NCBI GenBank assembly: GCA_964558905.1
Contig: CAZLGP010000238.1
Span: 8,231 to 72,230, forward strand
Source: an uncultured Thermoanaerobaculia bacterium
GTDB taxonomy: Bacteria > Acidobacteriota > Thermoanaerobaculia > Gp7-AA8
DNA: 64,000 nt
Direction of reading: 5' to 3'
In this document: positions 37,847 to 47,003 of the stretch, piece after piece
How the letters are laid out: every line of letters starts with the position of its first letter
Numbering within the stretch: the first letter of the stretch is position 1
Made by a program: the position numbers and the translations under genes
The notes under the pieces: model-generated
Told to the model about the DNA's origin: nothing
What the model saw: the letters and a program-made list of their open reading frames with translations, nothing else
Databases searched by the model: none

Positions 37847-38422
37847 TCACCACACGGCTTTCTCGTGGCACGAGAAGCACGACGGTGCGGCTTTGCCTCC
37901 CTTGAGATCCTTGCCGTGGCACGCGCCGCAGCGCTGTGTGGGGTTCTCCGTGTTGGCCGGGTGCAGCGCGCCTTCGCGGTTCACCGAGTGCGTCTTCGGC
38001 ACTTTTGTCGACGAAGTCCGCGTCGCCGTTTTCGTTGCCGGTGCCGCGGCGGGAGCGGTGGTAGCCGTCGCCGGGGCCGTGACGGGGCTCTTGGCCGGCT
38101 CGGCTGCGGGCGGTGCCTGCGTCGTCGTGGCGGGGGGCGTCGTGGTCGGTTTCGCCGCGGGCTGCGTGGCGGGCTTCGTTTGCGGCGCCGCCGTCACCGG
38201 TGGCTGAGTCGTCACCGTCGCGGTCGTGGCGGTGGTCTGCGTCACCACGGTTGACGTGATTTGCGTTTCGGGAACGGGCTCGATGGTGCCCTCCGTCGTC
38301 GCCGGCGCGAACGTCGCGACCGTCTCCGCGGCCACGGTCGATTGGTCGACTTTCGACTCCGAACCGCACCCGGCGAACAGAGCGACCAGAAGAATTCCAA
38401 GGACTACCAGGGATGAGCGCAT
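37847..38422 (-). CDS. Lipoprotein with T/P/A-rich linker and two C-terminal CXXCH motifs (putative di-haem c-type cytochrome)
   Basis: AGGAGG 7 nt before the ATG at 38422. Lipobox LFAGC. ~110 aa of low-complexity T/P/A. C-terminus RCGACHGKDLKGGKAAPSCFSCHEKAVW. Confidence 0.7.
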   Translation of the reverse strand: MRSSLVVLGILLVALFAGCGSESKVDQSTVAAETVATFAPATTEGTIEPVPETQITSTVVTQTTATTATVTTQPPVTAAPQTKPATQPAAKPTTTPPATTTQAPPAAEPAKSPVTAPATATTAPAAAPATKTATRTSSTKVPKTHSVNREGALHPANTENPTQRCGACHGKDLKGGKAAPSCFSCHEKAVW

Positions 38423-38521
38423 ATGCACCTCCTGAGAACAAACAGTCTGCAATAACGCACAGCCCGACGCATGAGCGGCGATCACACGACGCTGTTTGTC
38501 TCCGTGTGATTAAGATGGGCC

Positions 38522-39607
38522 ATGCAACTGGGTATCGTGGGACTCCCATTCTCCGGCAAGTCGACACTCTTTCAGGCAGTGACGAAGACACACCTCGACC
38601 GCGCCGCGGCCGGGAAGACCGATGCGCACCTCGGCATCGCCAAGGTCCCGGACGAGCGGCTCGATCGCTGCGCCGCCCTCTTCAAGCCGAAGAGCACCGT
38701 CCATGCCACCATCGAGTTCGTCGACGTCGCGGGACTGCAGAAGGGCGCCAGCGGAACGACTCAGTTCACCACCGGCTTCCTCTCGGCGGTGAAGACGAAC
38801 GACGCTCTCATCCAGGTCGTGCGGATGTTCGAGGACGACGCCGTGCCGCATCCCGACGGCAGCATCGACCCCCTGCGCGACGTGGCCACGTTCGAGACGG
38901 AGTTCATCCTCGCGGACATGACCATCCTCGAGTCGCGCATCGAGAAGATCCACAAACAGCTCGGCCGCATGCAGGACGATCAGATGAAGCGGGAGCTGCC
39001 CGTCCTCGAGAAATGCCTCGCCCTGTTGCACGAGGAGAAGCCGCTGCGCAACGAGGATCTCTCGAAAGACGAGCTGCACATCCTCAAAACGTATCAGCTG
39101 CTCTCGCTCAAGCCGATGCTGATCGCCTTGTCCTTCGACGAGTCGCAGCAGTCGATCGTCGAGGAGACGGTCACCGGCGTCTCTTCGGCGAAGGCCGCGC
39201 TGCGCACGCGTGTGGTGGCGTTCTTCGGCAAGATCGACATGGAGATGTCGGAGCTCTCCGGCGACGACGCGCGCATGTTCATGGAGGAGTACGGCATCCG
39301 CGAATCGGCGCTCGACACGCTGATCCGCGAGGCCTACGCGCTCCTGGGGCTGCAGTCGTTCCTCACCGTCGGCGAAGACGAATGCCGGGCCTGGACGATC
39401 AGGACGGGGATGACCGCGCAGGAAGCCGCGGGTGTGGTCCACTCGGACTTCGTGCAGAAGTTCATCCGCGCCGAGGTCGTGCACTACGACGACTTCATCG
39501 CCGCGGGCGGCTCGTTCGCGAAGGCGAAGGAGTCAGGGCACTGGAGGCTGGAAGGGAAGGCATATGTGGTGCGGGACGGGGACATTCTGAACATCCGGCA
39601 TGGGTGA
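38522..39607 (+). CDS. ychF: Redox-regulated ATPase YchF (Obg-like)
   Basis: MQLGIVGLPFSGKSTLFQAVT, FVDVAGL. C-terminal TGS-like RAWTIRTGMTAQEAAGVVHSDF...VVRDGDILNIRH. Confidence 0.9.
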   Translation: MQLGIVGLPFSGKSTLFQAVTKTHLDRAAAGKTDAHLGIAKVPDERLDRCAALFKPKSTVHATIEFVDVAGLQKGASGTTQFTTGFLSAVKTNDALIQVVRMFEDDAVPHPDGSIDPLRDVATFETEFILADMTILESRIEKIHKQLGRMQDDQMKRELPVLEKCLALLHEEKPLRNEDLSKDELHILKTYQLLSLKPMLIALSFDESQQSIVEETVTGVSSAKAALRTRVVAFFGKIDMEMSELSGDDARMFMEEYGIRESALDTLIREAYALLGLQSFLTVGEDECRAWTIRTGMTAQEAAGVVHSDFVQKFIRAEVVHYDDFIAAGGSFAKAKESGHWRLEGKAYVVRDGDILNIRHG

Positions 39608-39613
39608 AGGGGG

Positions 39614-39856
39614 AGGATAGGACCGATAGGACGGATAGGACCGATAGGACGGATAGGACGGATAGGACGGATAGGGAGGACGGGGCCCTACTGCGCTCCT
39701 GGTCATTGCAGGGCGCGGTCGTCAGTGCGATTTCAGTAATCTACCCACCGTCCCATTCGTCCCATCCGTCCCATCCGTCCCATCCGTCCCATTCGTCCCA
39801 TCCGTCCCATTCGTCCCATCCGTCCCATTCCTTCCATCCGTCCCATCCGTCCTATC
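39614..39856. repeat. Large imperfect hairpin made of tandem 9-mers: (GGATAGGAC)x7 ... 66-nt spacer ... (GTCCCATCC)x12
   Basis: Read directly. The arms are complementary at 8 of 9 positions per unit. Fills the whole gap between the convergent ychF and the XRE-cupin gene. Confidence 0.9.
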
Positions 39857-39863
39857 GCCCCCC

Positions 39864-40448
39864 TCACACCGTCACCACCACCGCCGTGCACTTGTTCCTG
39901 CCCGCTCTTCGATACGAGTGCGGCACCGAGGCGTCGAAGTAGATCGAGTCGCCTTCCTCGAGCTCGTGCTCGTGGCGGCCGATGGTCATCGCCAGGCGCC
40001 CGGTGAGAACGTGGAGGAGCTCCACGCCCTCGTGGACGTGAGGGGCGGACTCGCCGGCGGGAACGGGTTGGAAATCGGCGAGGTACGCGTTGAGCTTGCG
40101 CTCGCTGGCGGTGAAGTCGAGGCTCTCGAAGTAGTAGGAGACGGCTCCGCCATCCGGCTGGTTGGGGAAGCGCTGCCTCTCCCCGCGGCGGACGATCGAC
40201 GCCACCTGCCGCTTCGACTCGTCCCGGAAGAAGTAGTCGAGACCCACGCCGAAGACCATCGCGATGCGGAGCAGGGTGGGGAGCGGCGGGTAGATGTTGG
40301 ACCGCTCGATCTTCGACAGCAGCGCCGCCGAGAGGCCGGTGTGCCGCCCCAGCTCCACGAGGGCCATCTTCTTCCTGAGACGCAGCGCCCGGACCTTGTC
40401 CCCGATCTCGTAGCTGCGCAGTCCCTCTTCGAGCGTCGACGAAAGCAT
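39864..40448 (-). CDS. XRE-family transcriptional regulator with C-terminal cupin domain
   Basis: HTH: IGDKVRALRLRKKMALVELGRHTGLSAALLSKIER. Cupin: HVHEGVELLHVLTGRL...GDSIYFDASVPHSY. Confidence 0.88.
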   Translation of the reverse strand: MLSSTLEEGLRSYEIGDKVRALRLRKKMALVELGRHTGLSAALLSKIERSNIYPPLPTLLRIAMVFGVGLDYFFRDESKRQVASIVRRGERQRFPNQPDGGAVSYYFESLDFTASERKLNAYLADFQPVPAGESAPHVHEGVELLHVLTGRLAMTIGRHEHELEEGDSIYFDASVPHSYRRAGRNKCTAVVVTV

Positions 40449-40612
40449 CGGTTTCTCCCTGAAGCGTCATCTCGTTTTCCTCCCATGAAACGGCCGCGGT
40501 GCGGGATGTTCACCAGAGGAAAACGACTTTGAGAAGTGTAATGATATTCAAATGCATTGTCACTATCTTCAACACATCGTCAGCAGCAAGGGACGAAAAA
40601 AGGAGATTCAAG

Positions 40613-40840
40613 ATGAACACGAACATGAGAATCATGGATGTCGTCGCCGCGATTCTGCTCGTCGTCGGGGGTCTCAACTGGGGGCTGGTCGGCTTCGCGA
40701 ATTTCGATCTGGTCGCCGCGGTCTGTGGGGCGGGCACGGTCTATGCCCGCATCATCTACGCGCTGGTGGGGCTGTCGGCGGTGTATCAGGTCGTTACGCT
40801 CAACGCGATCCAGCGCCGCTGGGGCGTGGCGAGCGCTTGA
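40613..40840 (+). CDS. DUF378 small membrane protein
   Basis: AGGAG 8 nt upstream of the ATG at 40613. VAAILLVVGGLNWGLVGFANFDLVAA...IIYALVGLSAVY is the DUF378 signature. Confidence 0.85.
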   Translation: MNTNMRIMDVVAAILLVVGGLNWGLVGFANFDLVAAVCGAGTVYARIIYALVGLSAVYQVVTLNAIQRRWGVASA

Positions 40841-40845
40841 ACGGA

Positions 40846-42261
40846 ATGCGCATTCTCGTCACAGGGGCAACCGGGTACGTCGGCGGACGGCTGATTCCGC
40901 GGCTTCTCGCCGCGGGACACGAGGTCCGCGTGCTCGTCCGCGACGCGTCGCGCGTCGCCGGCCGCCCCTGGTTGCCGCAGGTCGAAGTGGCCGTCGGGGA
41001 TCTGCTCGAGCGCGACTCGCTCGCCCGCGCACTCGAGGGAATGGATCAGGCTTATTACCTCGTGCACTCGATGCTGGAGGCGGGGTTCGAGGAGATGGAT
41101 CGCCGCGCCGCCGCCACCTTCGTCGACGCCGCACCCGCCACGCTCCGCAAGGTGATCTACCTCGGCGGCCTGCTGCCTCGGGGAGAGCAGCGCTCGATGC
41201 ATCTGCGCAGCCGCGCCGAGGTCGGAGCGATCCTCGCGCGATCACTCCCGGTGCTCGAGCTCCGCGCGGGGCCGATCATCGGCTCCGGGTCGGCGTCGTT
41301 CGAGATGGTGCGCTATCTCACCGAGCGTCTTCCGGCGATGGTCGCGCCGCGATGGATCGACAATCAGGTGCAGCCGATCGGAATCGAGGACGTGCTCGGA
41401 TATCTCGTCGCCGCCGTATCCCTCGATGCGACCGGTGTCCTCGAGATCGGCGGGGACGCGCTCACGTTTCGCCAGATGATGCAGACCTACGCGAGCATCC
41501 GCGGTCTGCGCCGCATCATCGTTCCGGTGCCCGTGCTGGCCCCGCGCGTGGCCGGACTGTGGGTGGGCCTGGTGACGCCGATCCCGAACCGTCTCGCCGT
41601 GCCGCTGATCGAAGGGATCGTGGAACCGGTCCTCGCCGACACGACGCGCGCGCGCGAACTGCTCCCGGAGATCGAGCCCGCGCCGTATCGCGACTCGGTC
41701 ACGGCGGCGCTGGAACGGGCGGGGGAGGCGGAGACGCGGTGGAGCGGCGCGCTGCACCGGTCGAAGGACGTGGAGCTCATCGACCGCGAGGGCGCGATCC
41801 ACGAGGTGCGCACGGTGGCCATCGACGCTCCGCCTCATCGCGTCTTCGAGGCCTTCACTTCCCTCGGCGGATTGCGCGGCTGGCGCGTCTGGAACGCCGC
41901 GTGGTGGCTGCGCGGACTCGTCGATCGCATGGCGGGTGGCCCGGGGTTGCGCCGTGGCCGCAGGCATCCCCAACAGTTGTTGGCCGGCGAGGCGCTCGAC
42001 TTCTGGCGCGTGGAGTCGATCGAGCACGACCGCATGCTCCGTCTTCGCGCGGAGATGAGAGTGCCCGGCGCCGCATGGCTGCAGTGGGAAGTCGAAGCGG
42101 AAGGAGCCGGATCGCGGCTCGTGCAGACGGCCGTGTTCGTTCCGAAGGGCTTGTGGGGCGCTCTCTACTGGTACGCGCTCTATCCTCTCCACGCGCGGAT
42201 CTTCAGCGACCTCGCGCGCGCCATCGCCCGCGATGCGGGCCGGCACGGCCGGCAGCGCTGA
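40846..42261 (+). CDS. NAD(P)-binding SDR-family protein with C-terminal DUF2867-like domain
   Basis: MRILVTGATGYVGGRLIPRLLAAGHEVRVLVRD (Rossmann motif). The ORF-track start at 40552 overlaps DUF378 and was rejected. Confidence 0.85.
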   Translation: MRILVTGATGYVGGRLIPRLLAAGHEVRVLVRDASRVAGRPWLPQVEVAVGDLLERDSLARALEGMDQAYYLVHSMLEAGFEEMDRRAAATFVDAAPATLRKVIYLGGLLPRGEQRSMHLRSRAEVGAILARSLPVLELRAGPIIGSGSASFEMVRYLTERLPAMVAPRWIDNQVQPIGIEDVLGYLVAAVSLDATGVLEIGGDALTFRQMMQTYASIRGLRRIIVPVPVLAPRVAGLWVGLVTPIPNRLAVPLIEGIVEPVLADTTRARELLPEIEPAPYRDSVTAALERAGEAETRWSGALHRSKDVELIDREGAIHEVRTVAIDAPPHRVFEAFTSLGGLRGWRVWNAAWWLRGLVDRMAGGPGLRRGRRHPQQLLAGEALDFWRVESIEHDRMLRLRAEMRVPGAAWLQWEVEAEGAGSRLVQTAVFVPKGLWGALYWYALYPLHARIFSDLARAIARDAGRHGRQR

Positions 42262-42445
42262 TTGCTCCGCCTTGCGGCACGCCACCGAACCCACCCGCGA
42301 AGAGCGCGGGGCGAAATTGTGCGGCGCGCCGCGCCACGTGCCGTGCCCTACGCATGCCCTTCTCGCGACTGCGGCGATGGAGATCCTCGAAGCCTTTTCC
42401 GAACGTGCGGATGTCGATGTAGAAGACCGTCGTGTACGGCACGAC
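42203..42445 (-). pseudogene. Possible relic of an HdrA-like FAD oxidoreductase
   Basis: VVPYTTVFYIDIRTFGKGFEDLHRRSREKGM resembles the HdrA block V-x-V-F-Y-M-D-I-R-x-F-G-K-G-Y-E-E-F. Only ~60 aa; the tail overlaps the SDR gene end. The upstream frame is interrupted by TGA and lacks the expected Cys motifs. Confidence 0.3.
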
Positions 42446-42828
42446 TCGTGCTCACGTGATCGTGTGTCGCGCCACACGGACGTGGCGGACGGCGAAGCCG
42501 AGGGTAATTGCATGTTGATCGTTCGAACGCCTGTCACTACCGCCGACCGCATGGGTGCCACGGACACGAACTGCACCCGTATCGCCAGCATCGACCTGCT
42601 CGACTGCCTCGGTTACCGCGGCTGCGGCCGCGAAGAGCACAGCGGCGAGAATGCGCCCGTCGAACCCGAGGATCTGCGCTGGGAGCTGGCGGACAACCGC
42701 GCGGGTCAACCGTCGCGGGACCACTGAAGCCTGAATCCTCTTCCCTGCGCTCCGCGCGCTCCCGCGCGCACGAACCTACGTGATGCCCGCCATTTCCCGG
42801 CGTGCATTGCCCGCCCTACGTTGAGAGC

Positions 42829-43170
42829 ATGATCGAACGTGAGATTTCCGCTGTAGACCGCGATCGATTTCTGGCGACGTTCAGCAGGCTTCACGGAGGG
42901 GCGTTCGTGACGGTCCGCATCGATGCGCGCGAAGAAGTTCATGACGTCCCGCTTCGTGGCATCTGCTGCGACGGCGACGATCTGGTTGTTTCTTTTACGG
43001 GGCACACCGATCACGCCCACCGCGTGCTGCATGTCATCGACGTCCGGCTCGAGCAGACGGACGAGGGGGCCGACGCGGCGCTCGAGCTCACCTCCGAGAA
43101 TCGGACGCATACGGAGGTACGCCTGCGTTGGCCGATGCAGGCAGACCTGCTGGACCCCGCGGTGGAGTAG
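42829..43170 (+). CDS. Hypothetical protein, possibly DUF5335-like
   Basis: MIEREISAVDRDRFLATFSRLHGGAFVTVRIDAREEVHDVPLRGICCDGDDLVVSF...HVIDVRLEQTDEG. ORF also open from 42802. Confidence 0.5.
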   Translation: MIEREISAVDRDRFLATFSRLHGGAFVTVRIDAREEVHDVPLRGICCDGDDLVVSFTGHTDHAHRVLHVIDVRLEQTDEGADAALELTSENRTHTEVRLRWPMQADLLDPAVE

Positions 43171-43237
43171 GGACATCGTCGATCTCCACGTCACGTGACC
43201 GGCATCGGACTGCCGATCGCCGGCCGTGCCGGCCCGG

Positions 43238-44221
43238 CTACGCGTCGCGGTAGCCGACCATGCGGCCGGTCGCGTCGTCCCACAGGTTTGCGCGGAAGCA
43301 CGCCACGACGTCGCGCGGCTTCAGCGTCGTCACGCCGGGATGCTGGAGCTCGGGGATGGCGGCCATCGCCTGCGGAAGCCGGTAAAAGGGGATGAGCGAG
43401 TTGAGATGGTGGACGTGGTGGAAGCCGATGTTCCCGGTGAACCACCGGAGCACGGGCCCGAGCCGCAGGTAGCTGGACGAGACCAGCGCCGCGCGCCAGC
43501 TCGTCCACTCGGCCTCCGGAAGGATGCGCATTCCGGGGAAGCTGTGTTGCGCGTAAAACAGATACCCGCCCAGGGCGGCGGCCAACGTCATCGGCAGCAG
43601 GAGTCCGAAAAAGGCCGCGTCCAATCCCGCGAAGATCCATAGCGCCGCCACCGCCGAGCCGTGTGCCAGGAGCGACAGCGCCGAATCCCAGTAGCGCGAC
43701 GGGCGTCGCAGCAGGGACAGCAGCGTGACGCTGAAGAAGAAGATGGTCAGGTACGCGAAGAGGATCGTTGCAGGGTGGCGAGTCACGCGATAGGCCAACC
43801 GTTGGGTGCGCGAGCTGCTCCGCCACATCTCCGTCGTCATGAGCGGAAACGCCCCGACGTTCGCGCCGTCGATGAGTCCGACGTTCGCGTGGTGAAAGTT
43901 GTGGCTGTCGCGCCAGGAGCGCGGGGGTGTGAGATTCACCGCGGCGTAGCTGTAGAAGATCGCGCGCGCCAGTCGTGAGCCGGGCAGGATCGCCCCATGC
44001 ATGAAGTCGTGATAGAGAATGAACGTACGCACGAGCAACAGCGCGCCGAGAATCGAGGCCGCGAGACGCACCGGCCACCACGGAGCCAGCACCGCTCCCG
44101 CGAGAACGCACAGGAGCATCCCGAATGTCGAAGCGACGTGCCCCCAGCTCCGCGCCGCCGACTGCACCGCGAAAGGCCGTGTCGCCTGATGCAGATCCCG
44201 ATCCGCGCGCTCGACCATCAT
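43238..44221 (-). CDS. Membrane fatty-acid desaturase family protein
   Basis: Trimmed to MMVERADRD. Histidine boxes HDFMH, HNFHH, HHVHH. Confidence 0.88.
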   Translation of the reverse strand: MMVERADRDLHQATRPFAVQSAARSWGHVASTFGMLLCVLAGAVLAPWWPVRLAASILGALLLVRTFILYHDFMHGAILPGSRLARAIFYSYAAVNLTPPRSWRDSHNFHHANVGLIDGANVGAFPLMTTEMWRSSSRTQRLAYRVTRHPATILFAYLTIFFFSVTLLSLLRRPSRYWDSALSLLAHGSAVAALWIFAGLDAAFFGLLLPMTLAAALGGYLFYAQHSFPGMRILPEAEWTSWRAALVSSSYLRLGPVLRWFTGNIGFHHVHHLNSLIPFYRLPQAMAAIPELQHPGVTTLKPRDVVACFRANLWDDATGRMVGYRDA

Positions 44222-44414
44222 GTCTGCTCCCCGCCGCGATCCTAAGACCGGCTCGGGACCGTTCCTGTGACGAACGATTCCGTCGATTGTGTGGCCCTGT
44301 CGCGCTGTGCAAAAGGCGGCCCAGCAGCGCGTCTCACCCCCGGGACGCCGGTGGTCCGGGGGAAAGCGGAGGCCGCCGGGTCCTTCTCGAATGCGCGCCA
44401 CGGTTTCGCGTTCG

Positions 44415-46925
44415 TCAACGCGCCAGCGGGCTTTCAGACGCTCTGCCTTGCCGCCGCGCTGCAAATTTCTGCACCTCCACGATGGCGATCGGGAGCAGCG
44501 TGCAGAGCGCCATCAGGATCAGATCGCGCGGCGCCAGTGACGTGACGCCGAGGAGTCGCGCGAGAGGCTGGAACAGGAGCGCGAACCCGTGCAGCAGGAT
44601 CACTGTTCCGACCGCGGCCCAGACGTGCAGGTTCGAGAACAGCCCTGTGAACGCCGAGGCGACGCGCGAGCGGCAGTTGAACGTATGGCCGAGCTGGACC
44701 GCGACGAGCGCGGTGAGCGCGATCGTCCGCGCATGCGCGCCCGGACCGTAAGCACGGAGAGCCCACACGTATGCGCCGAGCGCGATCGCCGCGAGCATCG
44801 CGCCCTGCCACGCGACGCGGATGAGGAACGAGCGCGACAGGATGTCGCCGCCCCGCGGCTGTTCGTGCATCCGTCGCGGATCCGACGGCTCCAGAGCGAG
44901 ACCGAACGCCGGGAAGATATCGGTGGCCACGTTCAGCCAGAGGATCTGCAGCGGCAGCAGCGGCAGCGGCAGGCCGGCCACGATCGCGGTGAAGACGAGG
45001 AGCACCTCCCCGATGTTGTGGGAGAACAGGAGGTGCACGAACTTCGTGATGTTCGCGTAGATCGTCCGCCCTTCCTCGATCGCCGCGACGATCGTGCCGA
45101 GGTTGTCATCGGTGAGGATCAAATCGGCGGTCTGCTTTGCCGCGTCCGTGCCGGTCCTGCCCATGGCCACGCCGATGTCCGCGCGACGGAGCGCGGGGGC
45201 GTCGTTCACGCCGTCGCCGGTCACGGCCACGACTTCGCCGGCGTCGCGCAGCTCTTCGACGATGCGCAGCTTGTCCTCGGCCGTGACGCGCGCATAGACG
45301 TCGCGCCCGATGACCGGCGGCTCATCGCCCGTCAGCCGCAGCTCGCGCGCGATCGCACGAGCCGTCTCCACCTGATCGCCGGTCAGCATCACCACGCGGA
45401 TGCCGGCCTCCCGCGCCCGGGCGATGGCCTCCGCGGCCGCCGGACGCGGAGGATCGGCCAGCGCGGCGAAGCCGAGAAACGTGTAGCCGTTCGACAGGTC
45501 GGCGTCGTCGCTGGCGCGCGCGAACGCGAGGACGCGCAGGCCGCGCGACGCGAGTCTCTCGTTGCGGCGGATGAGCTCCGCCTTCCGGGTCTCACTCACA
45601 TCGCTGCACATCTCCAGGACGACCGACGGCGCGCCTTTGAGCGCGACGAGCTTCCCGCCCTCGGGCGCTTCGTGCACGGTGATCATGTGCCTGCGCGCCG
45701 GATCAAACGGGACCTCGAAGACTTTGCGATGGCTCTGCCTGAGCTGCGCGACGTCGATGCCCGCGTCCATCGCGGCGACGACGAGCGCGACCTCGGTCGG
45801 ATCTCCGACGGGCGAGCCCTGATCGATCACCGCGTCGTTGCACAGCGCGCCGATGCGGAGCAGCTCGAGCGAATCCTCCGCGTCGATGTCCCGGACGGTG
45901 AGCTTGTTCATCGTCAGCGTGCCGGTCTTGTCGGTGCAGATCACGGTCGTGCTGCCGAGAGCCTCGACCGCGGGGAGCTTGCGCACGATGGCGTTACGCC
46001 TCGCCATGCGCAGCACGCCGACCGAGAGGATGAGCGTCGTCACCGCCGGCAGTCCCTCGGGCACGGCCGCGACGGCGAGACTGATCCCGACTTTCACCAT
46101 GTCCCACAGCGGATCGCCGCGTAGGATGCCGGCGGCCGTGACGACGGCACCAATCGCGAGGACGACGCGGACGAGCGTTCGTCCGAGAGCGGCGAGTTTC
46201 TGCTCCAGCGGCGTCGCCTCGATCACGACGTCGCGCACGAGCCGTCCGATCTTTCCCAGCTCCGTCGCGTCGGCGGTCGCCGTGACGATCGCGGTCGCGC
46301 GTCCGGACGCCGCGATCGTGCCGAGGAAGAGCATCGACGTTCGTTCCGCGAGAGCCGTGTCCTGGGGCACGCTCTCCGCGGACTTGGAGACCGGCACGCT
46401 CTCGCCGGTGAGCGCCGCCTCCTCGGCCTGCAGCGCCATCGACTCGAGTACGCGTGCGTCCGCGGGGACGTGTGCACCGGGATCGAGGAGGATCACGTCG
46501 CCCGGCACGAGCTCCTCGGCGTCGAGGATCGACTGTACGCCCTCGCGCAGCACGCGCGCGGTCGTCCGCACCTGAATGCGGAGGCTCTCCAGCGCGCGCT
46601 CGGACCGCCACTCGATCGCGAAGCCGACCGCGGCGTTGATGAGCAGCACACCGAGGATGGCCATCCCCTCGGCGGCGTCGCGCGTGGCGAACGAGATCGC
46701 GGCCGCGACCGCGAGCAGCACCACGATGATGCTGCGGAACTGGCGGACGGCGATCGACCAGAGCGAGCGCCCCGCCTCGCGGACGACGATGTTCGGCCCG
46801 AACGTTTCGCGGCGCGCGCTCGCCTCTTCGTGCGAGAGGCCGCGGGTGACGTCGACATCGAGCTCGCGCGCGATGTCCTCGGCCGGACGCGCATGCGGTG
46901 CATCGGGGATGCGTGCGACGGTCAT
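44415..46925 (-). CDS. Cation-transporting P-type ATPase (type II, Ca2+/Mg2+-like)
   Basis: TGES, ICTDKTGTLT, MLTGD, VTGDGVNDAPAL. 836 aa. Confidence 0.93.
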   Translation of the reverse strand: MTVARIPDAPHARPAEDIARELDVDVTRGLSHEEASARRETFGPNIVVREAGRSLWSIAVRQFRSIIVVLLAVAAAISFATRDAAEGMAILGVLLINAAVGFAIEWRSERALESLRIQVRTTARVLREGVQSILDAEELVPGDVILLDPGAHVPADARVLESMALQAEEAALTGESVPVSKSAESVPQDTALAERTSMLFLGTIAASGRATAIVTATADATELGKIGRLVRDVVIEATPLEQKLAALGRTLVRVVLAIGAVVTAAGILRGDPLWDMVKVGISLAVAAVPEGLPAVTTLILSVGVLRMARRNAIVRKLPAVEALGSTTVICTDKTGTLTMNKLTVRDIDAEDSLELLRIGALCNDAVIDQGSPVGDPTEVALVVAAMDAGIDVAQLRQSHRKVFEVPFDPARRHMITVHEAPEGGKLVALKGAPSVVLEMCSDVSETRKAELIRRNERLASRGLRVLAFARASDDADLSNGYTFLGFAALADPPRPAAAEAIARAREAGIRVVMLTGDQVETARAIARELRLTGDEPPVIGRDVYARVTAEDKLRIVEELRDAGEVVAVTGDGVNDAPALRRADIGVAMGRTGTDAAKQTADLILTDDNLGTIVAAIEEGRTIYANITKFVHLLFSHNIGEVLLVFTAIVAGLPLPLLPLQILWLNVATDIFPAFGLALEPSDPRRMHEQPRGGDILSRSFLIRVAWQGAMLAAIALGAYVWALRAYGPGAHARTIALTALVAVQLGHTFNCRSRVASAFTGLFSNLHVWAAVGTVILLHGFALLFQPLARLLGVTSLAPRDLILMALCTLLPIAIVEVQKFAARRQGRASESPLAR

Positions 46926-47003
46926 GTTTACAACTTAGCGCCGGAGCAGATTGGCGTCGCGCGCGTCGTCACCTTCCGACGTGATCTCACGATTCGTTTC
47001 CCT

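Noticed and set aside
39614-39856. Possible CRISPR array (regularly repeated short units); same question for 2557-2740 and 4313-4900
   Set aside because: At 39614-39856 the units are 7-9 bp and directly abutting, with no unique spacers. At 2557-2740 there are 55-bp tandem REP-like units, and at 4313-4900 21-bp units, again with no spacers. None has CRISPR repeat/spacer geometry, and no cas genes are present.
38413-39942. 509-aa ORF running through ychF and the 9-mer repeat (translating to DRTDRTDRT... and SHPSHPSHP...)
   Set aside because: It is out of frame with the well-supported ychF gene, and its repetitive tail is just the translation of the tandem-repeat hairpin.
42452-42454. TGA between HTIT and ARVVPY read as selenocysteine in an HdrA-like protein
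   Set aside because: The surrounding frame is too short for HdrA and lacks its Cys motifs, the tail overlaps the SDR gene, and no hairpin is obvious downstream. A gene remnant is more likely.
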